A DNA stretch of 64,000 nt, taken from positions 8,512 to 72,511 of the forward strand of contig JAKAHV010000005.1 of NCBI GenBank assembly GCA_021825295.1, written 5' to 3'. How positions within the stretch are numbered: position 1 is the stretch's first letter; every line of letters begins with the position of its first letter. The notes beneath the pieces were generated by a model. That model was not told the DNA's origin. It saw nothing but the letters and a program-made list of their open reading frames with translations, and did not search any database. This DNA comes from Nitrospirota bacterium. Lineage in GTDB: Bacteria > Nitrospirota > Thermodesulfovibrionia > Thermodesulfovibrionales > JdFR-88. The translations under genes were made by a program, and so were the position numbers. Below, in pieces: positions 56,675-64,000 of the stretch.

Positions 56675-58228
56675 TTATCTCTCCAGGACCGAATGGAGTT
56701 TCCTGTTTAAGTCCTCCAGCCTGTAGGGTTTTGCTATCGATTCCATGTAGCCGTACTTCCTGAAATCCCGCATCACCGGATCGTCCGGGTAGCCGCTGGA
56801 GGCGATGGCCCTTACCCTGGGGTCCAGCTCCAGAAGTCTTTTTATTACCTGGGGGCCTCCGCCGCCGGGCATCGTCAGGTCCAGGACGACCGCATCGAAG
56901 GGATTGCCCGACTGGGAGGCGCTTCTGTAGATTTCAACGGCGCTGTTGCCGTCCGCGGCATAGGCGACCTCGTAGTCCAGATTCATGAGCATCTCGCCCG
57001 CGACCTCGCGCACCATCTCCTCGTCATCGACGACCAGGACCCTCCCCGCGCCGGTCTTTGAATCTGTTCTGGGAATTTCCCCCTCCAGCGCGGGCAGATA
57101 GATGTAGAAAGTCGTCCCTTCGCCCGGCTCCGATTCCACCCCCACAAACCCGTTATGCTTGCTGATTATCGAGTAGACTATGGCAAGCCCCATCCCCATC
57201 CCTTTAAGGCTTCCCATCTTCTTGGTGGTGAAATAGGGGTCGAATATTCTCTCCAGATTTTCCGGTGGGATGCCCCGTCCCCTGTCTGCCACCTTTATCC
57301 TTACATACCGCCCGTTTTTCACAAGCGGCAGGGGGGAATGCCCCCCGGCCGTCCTGAAGTTGTCCGCCTCCAACGTGATCCTGCCTCCTGCCGGCATCGC
57401 CTCCCGGGCGTTTGCAATCACGTTTTGCAGGACTATTTTCATCTGGGCCCGGTCGGCCTCCACGGGCCAGAGGTCCTGGCAAAAACGAAATTCGGCGCTG
57501 ACGGGCGAGCCGGCAAGGGTCTGGGCCGCCGCGTCCCTCAGGACTTCCGGCAGCAGGAGTTTCTCCTTGCAGGGCTCCCCTCCCTTTGAGAAGGTAAGAA
57601 GCTGATATGTCAGGTCCTTGGCCTTCAGCGAGGCGCGCTCGGCGTCGGCAAGCCTCTCATAGAGTTTCCCTCCGCCGGGGGGCAGATTCATTTTGGCCAG
57701 TGAGATGTTCCCGAGGATTGCTGTAAGGAGGTTGTTGAAATCGTGGGCGATGCCGCCGGCCAGCAGCCCGACGGATTCGAGTTTTCTGGCCTTTAAAAGC
57801 TCGTATTCGATGCTTTTGCCGCGGGTGACGTCGTTCAGGAGAAGCAGCCTGGCCCTTCCCGGCCCTCTTTCTCCCGCAAATTCTATATTCCGGATGGTTA
57901 TCTCCAGGTCGGCAACCCCGTCGTCCTTCCCCCGGTGGCTGCAGGCAAAGCCGGTTACCTCCTCATCGCCGGAGACGATCTCCAGTAGCTGCGTATCGAA
58001 GCCGAGCTGCTTGAAATCCGCGGCGGGAAAATCCTTCCCGGTGTCTTTCGGACCGGCGCCGCAGCAGCTCATTGCGGCCTTGTTTGCATCCAGGATCTTC
58101 AGGCTCGCCGGGTCGATTATCATGACGGGCTGCGGGTTTGACTCAAACAGCAGGCGGTACCATTCCGGCCCCCCGGGTATTTTTTCTTTTCCCCCCATAG
58201 AAACGCCCCCCCGTTTTAAAAAAGGCAT
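56675..58228 (-). CDS. hybrid sensor histidine kinase / response regulator with PAS domain
   Basis: A PAS region, an H-box (GIAHDFNNLL), HATPase (GMGMGLAIVYS) and a C-terminal receiver (VLVVDDE...VLDLTMPG). Confidence 0.85.
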   Translation of the reverse strand: MPFLKRGGVSMGGKEKIPGGPEWYRLLFESNPQPVMIIDPASLKILDANKAAMSCCGAGPKDTGKDFPAADFKQLGFDTQLLEIVSGDEEVTGFACSHRGKDDGVADLEITIRNIEFAGERGPGRARLLLLNDVTRGKSIEYELLKARKLESVGLLAGGIAHDFNNLLTAILGNISLAKMNLPPGGGKLYERLADAERASLKAKDLTYQLLTFSKGGEPCKEKLLLPEVLRDAAAQTLAGSPVSAEFRFCQDLWPVEADRAQMKIVLQNVIANAREAMPAGGRITLEADNFRTAGGHSPLPLVKNGRYVRIKVADRGRGIPPENLERIFDPYFTTKKMGSLKGMGMGLAIVYSIISKHNGFVGVESEPGEGTTFYIYLPALEGEIPRTDSKTGAGRVLVVDDEEMVREVAGEMLMNLDYEVAYAADGNSAVEIYRSASQSGNPFDAVVLDLTMPGGGGPQVIKRLLELDPRVRAIASSGYPDDPVMRDFRKYGYMESIAKPYRLEDLNRKLHSVLER

Positions 58229-58306
58229 GCCTGAAACGCCCCTGCCCCCCGCATGTAATCTACAAACTAACAGCCGCCCGTGTCAATGTTTATAAAATAG
58301 AAATGC

Positions 58307-59131
58307 TCAGGACTCTTTCATTGCCGTAAGGGGCTCCATATTTCTTATCTTTATGATCGGCGCGATTGCCCCGAGCACGCAAACCCCCGTGCCCACCGCT
58401 ATTCCGGCAAGGCCGATCCCGCACCTCTCAGCCACCGAAAGGCCGGCCGGCATGTCCCTGAAGAGCACGAATATCCTGGAGAATGAGACCGCAAGGTAAG
58501 TGCCGAAGCCGGTTCCGGCCGTGCTTCCTATCACCCCGAGAAGGAAGACCTCGATAACGAACGCCCTCACTATGTGCCTCGTCTTTGCCCCGATTGCCCG
58601 CATCACGCCTATTTCCCTCGTCCTCTCGTTGATGATGGCCGAGAAGATCGCCCAGGTCAGAAGGGCCGAAAGCGCAAGGCAGAGCAGCACCGTAAGGATG
58701 AATACCGTCTTTACGTCCCTGAGGGTGTCGAGTATGTTTTTGCCCATCTTGCTCCTGGGCACGACCGAGACCTGAAAGAGCCTGTTTTCGATGTTCGTGG
58801 CGACCTGCTTCGGGTCGTAGCCGGGCTTCGCCTTGACGAATATGATGGACACCTGGTTTGGCTTCAGGGGCGCTTTGCCGTGTTTAATCATGGCGGGCAG
58901 GTTTTCATCGCTCACGAAGATGCAGTTGTCGAACCCCGTGCCCGTTTTGTCCAGTATGCCCACGACCTTGAAACTGTTGCCGAAAAGGGTGCACTTGTCC
59001 ATCTCCAGCAGCCCCAGGTTGATCCATGCCTGGTGTCCAAGGATGGCTTCGCCGGGCGCGAGCCTCCGGTTTATGGCCTTTTTAAGCCACGGGCCGACTA
59101 TGAAATCCGTATTCTGATTGAAGGCGACCAC
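58307..59131 (-). CDS. MacB/FtsX-type ABC permease, C-terminal part (same frame as 59150-59512, separated only by one TGA)
   Basis: Contains the rest of the periplasmic core domain and the FtsX three-helix bundle (ERTREIGVMRAIGAKTRHIV). The GTG start given by the track is probably not a real start. Confidence 0.7.
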   Translation of the reverse strand: MVAFNQNTDFIVGPWLKKAINRRLAPGEAILGHQAWINLGLLEMDKCTLFGNSFKVVGILDKTGTGFDNCIFVSDENLPAMIKHGKAPLKPNQVSIIFVKAKPGYDPKQVATNIENRLFQVSVVPRSKMGKNILDTLRDVKTVFILTVLLCLALSALLTWAIFSAIINERTREIGVMRAIGAKTRHIVRAFVIEVFLLGVIGSTAGTGFGTYLAVSFSRIFVLFRDMPAGLSVAERCGIGLAGIAVGTGVCVLGAIAPIIKIRNMEPLTAMKES

Positions 59132-59149
59132 CTCCGCGCTGGAGACGTC

Positions 59150-59512
59150 TCAGCAGAGCCCGGCGATGGTGGTCAGGTATGTCTGCCACGTGACCTGGCC
59201 TACGCCTTTCACCTCCTTTACCTTATCCACGATATCCCTGCTCATGTAAAAACTCTTGGCCTTGTTGGACTGCAGCAGGACGTCTTCGGCGTAGTCCTGG
59301 GCCCCGTACGGCACCACGAGCACGTCCGCGCCCAGCCGGTCGATCGATTTTCTCAGGCTTGCGCTTACGCCGAGGACGAACGAAAGGCCGAATACGAGTA
59401 TTGAAACGAACAGGCCGATCGACGTCACGAGTATCGCCGTCCTGAGAGACCTCCTTTTCAGGTTTCTGACTGCAAGCGTACGCAGATTAAACGAACCAGG
59501 CATGTCCCGCAC
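59150..59512 (-). CDS. MacB/FtsX-type ABC permease, N-terminal part ending at in-frame TGA 59152-59150
   Basis: LAVRNLKRRSLRTAILVTSIGLFVSILVF is the typical N-terminal TM1 of MacB-like permeases. The likely start is the ATG at 59503, 8 nt after AGGAAGG. The ORF ends ...TIAGLC-TGA. Confidence 0.7.
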   Translation of the reverse strand: MRDMPGSFNLRTLAVRNLKRRSLRTAILVTSIGLFVSILVFGLSFVLGVSASLRKSIDRLGADVLVVPYGAQDYAEDVLLQSNKAKSFYMSRDIVDKVKEVKGVGQVTWQTYLTTIAGLC

Positions 59513-59630
59513 CTTCCTTCATCGTATATTTTGTTTCATATATCGAGCCTGCCCGCCGCCCTTTTATTCCCTTGTTCCCCGCCCCTTCCCCACGGGGTAG
59601 GAGAGAAGGGGCGGGGGGCAGGGACCCGGG

Positions 59631-60764
59631 TTATTTCTTCCAGTTTGTGTCAATGCCGCAGAGTGCGGCGCTGAAGTACAGGCCGTATTTGTAGTGGCAG
59701 CCGCCGCAGATCGACACCGGGGGGCCAACCATCTCGTGCCTCTGGAGGCTGTAGAGCTGCAGCACGCCGTCGGTGATGAGTTTGCCGCCCGGGCCGGGAT
59801 GGGGCACCCTCACAGTCAGGAGGGCATACCTGCCGTCAGGGGTGGAGATTGCGTCATGGTTTTGCCCGTTCGGGCAGCCGGGTTCGGTTTTGAGGCTTGC
59901 CTTTCCCGTTGCCGGAAACATATGCTGGTCCACGAGCTTGAGCGTTTTTGCGTCTATCACCCAGAACCTGTCGCCTGCGGCCTGCAGCAGGTACTTGCCA
60001 TCGGGCGTGAAATTCTGTCTGAAGGTGATGGTGTCGCCGGGGCTGCCGGAGAGGGTGTTCCTGGCGATGACCTTTATCCTGCCCTCAAGCAGGCTCTTCA
60101 TGTCCAGCAGCACGAAATCCACGTTGCCGTTTGGCTTGCCGTTGGTCATCCTGTTGACGGCCACCACGAATTCCTTCATGTCGGGCGTGTTGGTGCCGTG
60201 GAAGAAGAGGTAGTTGTGGTTTTTGTAGCCGAGCTTGTCCAGGAAGACGCGGTGAAGAAGCTTCATCGTTTTTTTGTCCCGCACGTCAATGTACGCCTCG
60301 TCGGTCATCGTGACCGGCAGATAGCTGGTCTTGCTCTGCCCGGAGGCGCAGTAACAGTGCTTGGTCTCCGTGGCCCGCGGGTCGGGGCTTACGGCCTCGT
60401 CCATGATGACCTTGCCAGTCCTGAGGTCCGACTTGCCCACGTGCAGCTTTCCACCGGGGTCCTTGTGATAGGTCGCCCAGTACATGATGTTCCTGTTTTC
60501 CAGGTCGATCCTCGGGTCATGCACCGCGTGGTCGTCCTTGCCGCCTATGATTATCCTGTCGAGGTTATTGACCTTGATGGGTTCGGGACCGGACGGGTCT
60601 ATAGTCAGATCGATGGCGGCGAAGTGTCCGCCCATGCCTGCCACATAAGCCATCCCGCTGTAGGTCCTTCCCGCCGCCTTTGCCGCCGGCACCCGGTGGC
60701 CGGACAGCAGATAGCCGCCGGCTATCAGGGCCAGCGCCGCCATTGCCGTCAGAAATTTCTTCAT
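59631..60764 (-). CDS. secreted beta-propeller-like protein with C-terminal CxxCH haem c motif (function unknown)
   Basis: Signal peptide MKKFLTAMAALALIAGG...AAKA. Repeated strand-turn motifs typical of propellers (TPDGKYLL, TPDGRYALLT). CGGCH at 59694-59708, 21 residues from the C-terminus. GGAGGAG RBS. Confidence 0.6.
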   Translation of the reverse strand: MKKFLTAMAALALIAGGYLLSGHRVPAAKAAGRTYSGMAYVAGMGGHFAAIDLTIDPSGPEPIKVNNLDRIIIGGKDDHAVHDPRIDLENRNIMYWATYHKDPGGKLHVGKSDLRTGKVIMDEAVSPDPRATETKHCYCASGQSKTSYLPVTMTDEAYIDVRDKKTMKLLHRVFLDKLGYKNHNYLFFHGTNTPDMKEFVVAVNRMTNGKPNGNVDFVLLDMKSLLEGRIKVIARNTLSGSPGDTITFRQNFTPDGKYLLQAAGDRFWVIDAKTLKLVDQHMFPATGKASLKTEPGCPNGQNHDAISTPDGRYALLTVRVPHPGPGGKLITDGVLQLYSLQRHEMVGPPVSICGGCHYKYGLYFSAALCGIDTNWKK

Positions 60765-60932
60765 TGAACTCCTCCATTTTGTTTTTTCCCCGCGATAAAA
60801 AAACTACTGCCGGCCTAAAAATAAAATTCCGATGCACCTCCTCCCGCCCGGCGGGCCTCTGAATGGCCCCGCCGGCCATATGATGTCAATTAACCATCAT
60901 TTAATTAATAAACTACTAAACTCCTTTAGTAA

Positions 60933-60949
60933 TTGCAACTTTCATGCCA
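60933..60949 (-). promoter_or_regulatory. sigma-54 (-24/-12) promoter
   Basis: The reverse strand reads TGGCATGAAAGTTGCAA. This matches TGGCAC-N5-TTGCW with correct GG-to-GC spacing, about 170 nt upstream of the propeller gene ATG. Confidence 0.6.
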
Positions 60950-61052
60950 CAAAAAATTCCTTGAAAATAAAGGATTTCAGATCTGAAGTTTTTGCATTTG
61001 CGCAAAAATCTTTTTCATATCTGCAAATTGGAAAGGAGAATGAAAGCCGGGG

Positions 61053-61085
61053 GATTCCCCGCGGCGCATCAGGCCGCGGGGAATC
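61053..61085 (-). terminator. 13-bp perfect stem hairpin just after the cytochrome gene stop
   Basis: gattccccgcggc-gcatcag-gccgcggggaatc. On the transcribed strand a moderately T-rich tract follows (CTTTCATTCTCCTTTCC). Confidence 0.5.
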
Positions 61086-61090
61086 ATGGG

Positions 61091-61984
61091 CTACCTGTTG
61101 TGGCATTTGTCGCAATCCGTCACCGCGAATGCCGTCTTCCCGTTATGGCAGCCCCCGCAGTACTTCCCGTTATACATGGGGTCCATTTTCATCCCGCTGC
61201 CGCCCTTTTGCATCTTGAAGCGTTTTGTATGGCAGTCGGCGCACTTGAACATCTGGGTATGGAGGGCATGGCTGAAGGCGGCCTTCTTCATCCCCTTGGC
61301 CGTGTACACGAGGCTTGCCTTTGGGGCCGGCACCTTCGCGTGGCACCGCCCGCACTGGCTGGCGGCAAACGCCTTTTTCCCGTTGTGGCATGAACCGCAC
61401 TGTTTCCCGCGGTCTATGCCGGCCATTGTTATCTCCATCCTGCCTTTGCTCATGGGGAACATGCCGGAGTGGCACTCCGAGCAGCCGAATATCTGGGTGT
61501 GCACCTTGTGGCTGAACTGCACGGCGACGTCGCCTTCCCCGATCCTTATCGGGCCGCCCGGGGGCACCAGGGCCACGCCCTGCACGGCAACCGTCCTGGC
61601 ATAGGCCCTCGCCCCCTTGACCCCCGCGTGGCAGCGCGCGCACTGGGAGTCCGAGGCGAATGCCGTCCGCCCGTTATGGCAGGCCCCGCAGTATTTGCCC
61701 TTTGAGAACGAGGCCATCGTAAAATCGCCTTTGCCCTGGGCGCTGTACGCGGCGGGCGCGAAGAGGCCGCTGTGGCACCTGTCGCAGCCAAGGCCCCTCT
61801 TTACGACGTGAAGCTCATGGCTGAAGACGACCGACTTTACCGGCTCGGTGTATACGATGTCGCCCTTGTAAAGCGCGTTTTCTGCGGCGCCGGCGGCGCC
61901 GCAAAGCGGAAAGAAGGCCGCCAGGAAGGCCAGCACGAAAATGGAGGCTATCGCCAAAATGGGTATGGGTTTCTTTTTGACCAT
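61091..61984 (-). CDS. nonahaem c-type cytochrome built from three c7-type trihaem domains
   Basis: Signal peptide plus nine CxxCH motifs (CDRCH, CGACH, CARCH, CSECH, CGSCH, CGRCH, CADCH, CGGCH, CDKCH). They are arranged as three repeats of FSHxxH...CxxCH...CGxCHNG..AF...CxxCH. Confidence 0.9.
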   Translation of the reverse strand: MVKKKPIPILAIASIFVLAFLAAFFPLCGAAGAAENALYKGDIVYTEPVKSVVFSHELHVVKRGLGCDRCHSGLFAPAAYSAQGKGDFTMASFSKGKYCGACHNGRTAFASDSQCARCHAGVKGARAYARTVAVQGVALVPPGGPIRIGEGDVAVQFSHKVHTQIFGCSECHSGMFPMSKGRMEITMAGIDRGKQCGSCHNGKKAFAASQCGRCHAKVPAPKASLVYTAKGMKKAAFSHALHTQMFKCADCHTKRFKMQKGGSGMKMDPMYNGKYCGGCHNGKTAFAVTDCDKCHNR

Positions 61985-61988
61985 ATCC

Positions 61989-62741
61989 TCATCCTTTCAT
62001 GTAGAAGACGTTTGGTTTTGTGCCTACCTCCGGCCTGAGCACCCATACCGGCTTCTCGATCTGGTGCACAAGCTGATAGACCTCGCTGCCGGGGTCCGAG
62101 AGGTCGCCGAAGACGCGGGCATGTGCGGGGCATATGGCCGCGCACGCCGTGAGCTTCTCCCCCTTGGAGAGGCGCGTGTCGAAGCAGAAGTTGCACTTGT
62201 CGACGGCGTGTCTTTCATCGTCGAAGTAGCGCGCGTTGTAGGGGCATGCCAGCACGCAGGTCTTGCAGCCGATGCACTTCTTGTAATCTATCAGGATTAT
62301 GCCGTTTGTCTCGTCCTTGTAGCTGGCCTTTGTGGGACAAGCCCTGACGCAGGGGGGGTTGTTGCACTGGTTGCAGAGCACGGGGATGAACTCGCGCTTC
62401 TGCCCGATGGCGCCCGGCACGTCCTTCTCCATTATCCGCGTGCGGTAGCCGTATTCCGGCACGTGGTTGGTTATCCTGCAGGCCTGCCTGCACCTCTCGC
62501 AGTCGATGCACCGGTCCTGCCTGATGACCATGCTGTAGTGCGGCTTGTACGGATAGTGCTTGTATACGTCCTCGGGCGACGCGAAGGCCCGCCCGATGTT
62601 CGAGGCGACGGAAAAGAGCGTCCCCCCGGCGAATACGCCCGTTATCACGAGCCCGATCTTCAGGAACTCCCGGCGTTCCACCCCGGAAGGCGGAGCGTCG
62701 TGCCTCTTTAAATTATCAAGGTCAATCCCACCCGGTTTCAT
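61989..62741 (-). CDS. Tat-exported 4x[4Fe-4S] ferredoxin subunit (NrfC/PsrB/HybA-like)
   Basis: Twin-arginine motif ERREFLKIG and four cysteine clusters (CIDCERCRQAC, CNQCNNPPC, CIGCKTCVLAC, CNFC...C). Confidence 0.9.
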   Translation of the reverse strand: MKPGGIDLDNLKRHDAPPSGVERREFLKIGLVITGVFAGGTLFSVASNIGRAFASPEDVYKHYPYKPHYSMVIRQDRCIDCERCRQACRITNHVPEYGYRTRIMEKDVPGAIGQKREFIPVLCNQCNNPPCVRACPTKASYKDETNGIILIDYKKCIGCKTCVLACPYNARYFDDERHAVDKCNFCFDTRLSKGEKLTACAAICPAHARVFGDLSDPGSEVYQLVHQIEKPVWVLRPEVGTKPNVFYMKG

Positions 62742-62763
62742 TGTCTTTCACCTCCGTCCGTTC

Positions 62764-64000
62764 CTAATGGATTTCAGATTTGTGCCCCTTGAAGACCCGT
62801 TCCCCAAGCAGGAAACTCAGCGCCACAAGGCCCACGCCCCCTATAACGACCATTATCTCGTGGAAGGTGGGGTGGTAAACAAGCAGACGGGAGTATTCGT
62901 TTACCCCAAGCTCGTAGTAGGAAGGCACTATCTGGCCCACCACCACGAGGTCGTACCTCATCATGAATATGCCCGTGATCATCATCACCGATGCGGCGAA
63001 CATCATCCCGATGTTCCTGAACCTGGAGTAAAGGAACAAGATGAAGGGGATAACCATCCCCAGGGCCACCTCAAACCCCCAGAAATTCACCGAATAGGGG
63101 CCGGCCAGTTCGGCCCTGAAGGCCGCCACCTCGGAGGGGTCTCCGACCAGGCCGGTGATTATCTTCCATGTGTAGAAGAACATCAGGATGGCTATCAGGA
63201 GCGTCGCCAGTTTTCCCACGGCCTCCAGGGCGCGCTCCATGGGTTTGTCCATCTTCTCGTTGTTGATCTTGTAGCCCAGGTACGTGAAGAATATGATCGC
63301 CGCGCAGCCGGACATCATGGCCGAGGCGATGAAGTAGATGGGCATGAACGGCCCGTACCAGTAGGGCCGGGCGTGGAGCATGCCGAAGATGCCCCCCAGG
63401 TTGCTGTGGGCCGAGACCCCCGATAAGAGGCCAAGCAGCCCGGCGTACATCGCAAACCTGTGGCTGCCCGCCAGCAGGAGTATGTACTCCACTATCATGA
63501 AGAACATGTAAGCGCCGTAAAGCGTCCCCATCCACCAGATGTTGGAGGTCAGGTTCGGGGAGATCACGTTGTAAAGGGCCATCCGGAAGGGGTTTTCGAT
63601 GTCGAAGAAGATCACGGTGAAGCCCGCCATTATGGTGACGATGGCCAGGAACACGGAGCGCTTCGCAATCGGCATGAATTCCTCCACCCCGAAGACGTGC
63701 CCTATGCTGGACACTATGCAGAGGCCGGTCGATGTGACGACGAAAAACACATACGCGCCGATCAGGACGCCCCATGGTATCTCGCGCGTCACCCCGTAGG
63801 CCTCGCGGTAGCCGATGTTCATCGCGTCCAGCCCCACCGCCGCCGCGGCGAAGACGACAAGCCCGCTTATGCCCAGCATCACGTAAAACAGTTTTCTGCC
63901 TGACAGGTGCTCCAGAACGTTCGACCACCAGTTTGAAGCGAATGTGGAATCAAATGAACTGGCAACGCTCTTGACTATATCGGAAAACTGGACGTCGTTT
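62764..64000 (-). CDS. NrfD/PsrC-family integral membrane quinol-interacting subunit (5' end may lie beyond the window)
   Basis: At least 372 aa of polytopic membrane protein. The track start is the GTG at 63882, but I checked that the frame has no stop up to position 64000 (...FSDIVKSVASSFDSTFASNWWSNVLEHLSGRKLFYVMM...). The true start is therefore unresolved. Confidence 0.85.
   Translation of the reverse strand, partial: NDVQFSDIVKSVASSFDSTFASNWWSNVLEHLSGRKLFYVMLGISGLVVFAAAAVGLDAMNIGYREAYGVTREIPWGVLIGAYVFFVVTSTGLCIVSSIGHVFGVEEFMPIAKRSVFLAIVTIMAGFTVIFFDIENPFRMALYNVISPNLTSNIWWMGTLYGAYMFFMIVEYILLLAGSHRFAMYAGLLGLLSGVSAHSNLGGIFGMLHARPYWYGPFMPIYFIASAMMSGCAAIIFFTYLGYKINNEKMDKPMERALEAVGKLATLLIAILMFFYTWKIITGLVGDPSEVAAFRAELAGPYSVNFWGFEVALGMVIPFILFLYSRFRNIGMMFAASVMMITGIFMMRYDLVVVGQIVPSYYELGVNEYSRLLVYHPTFHEIMVVIGGVGLVALSFLLGERVFKGHKSEIH

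Noticed and set aside
59513-59630. An 11-bp GC hairpin (ccccgcccctt...aaggggcgggg, about 59577-59614) as a terminator separating the propeller and permease genes.
   Set aside because: No U-tract follows on the transcribed strand. It may be an attenuator or stabiliser, but the evidence is insufficient to call it a terminator or to decide whether the two genes are co-transcribed.
1-64000. Prophage, integrase, transposase, tRNA, rRNA or tmRNA genes.
   Set aside because: No ORF shows integrase, transposase or phage structural motifs, and no intergenic region shows tRNA-like conserved arms. None is reported.

Overview
High-GC bacterial chromosomal segment. The gene content (multihaem cytochromes, System II cytochrome c maturation, NrfCD-type quinol module, sigma-54 and c-di-GMP signalling, B12 radical-SAM) suggests an anaerobic Desulfobacterota/Nitrospirota-like organism, but the taxon cannot be fixed from this window. 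I support about 60 protein genes and found no rRNA, tRNA or CRISPR array. Housekeeping genes include nadE, larC, birA, purQ, purC, an HU protein, folK, a DapL-like aminotransferase, sppA, htpX, ccsB/ccsA, an ABC-2 exporter, DedA and an archaeal-type SAM synthetase. Signalling genes include an MCP, REC-HD-GYP, PilZ-REC, PAS-GGDEF, three histidine kinases, an NtrC-type activator and a CheY-like protein. Accessory content is one visibly AT-rich type II restriction-modification island (BglII-like endonuclease plus SPPY methyltransferase, 34300-35858) and at least five families of small inverted-repeat elements in intergenic spacers. One of these elements has a perfect 23-bp terminal inverted repeat and a 9-bp target duplication. 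The candidates I rank highest for an undescribed system are as follows. (1) A periplasmic redox locus at the right end (58307-64000). It has an NrfD-like subunit, a Tat FeS subunit and a nonahaem tri-c7 cytochrome. These are followed by a sigma-54-promoted secreted beta-propeller protein with a C-terminal CxxCH, then a MacB/FtsX-type permease interrupted by one in-frame TGA directly after a Cys codon and followed by a hairpin (selenocysteine recoding versus pseudogene). (2) A translationally overlapped type III polyketide synthase plus B12-binding radical-SAM pair (23961-26512). (3) A ccsB-ccsA-histidine kinase-NtrC operon whose kinase carries a periplasmic CxxCH. (4) An SDR plus alpha-oxoamine-synthase lipid module. 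All functional calls rest on motif recognition in the supplied translations; no database search was possible.
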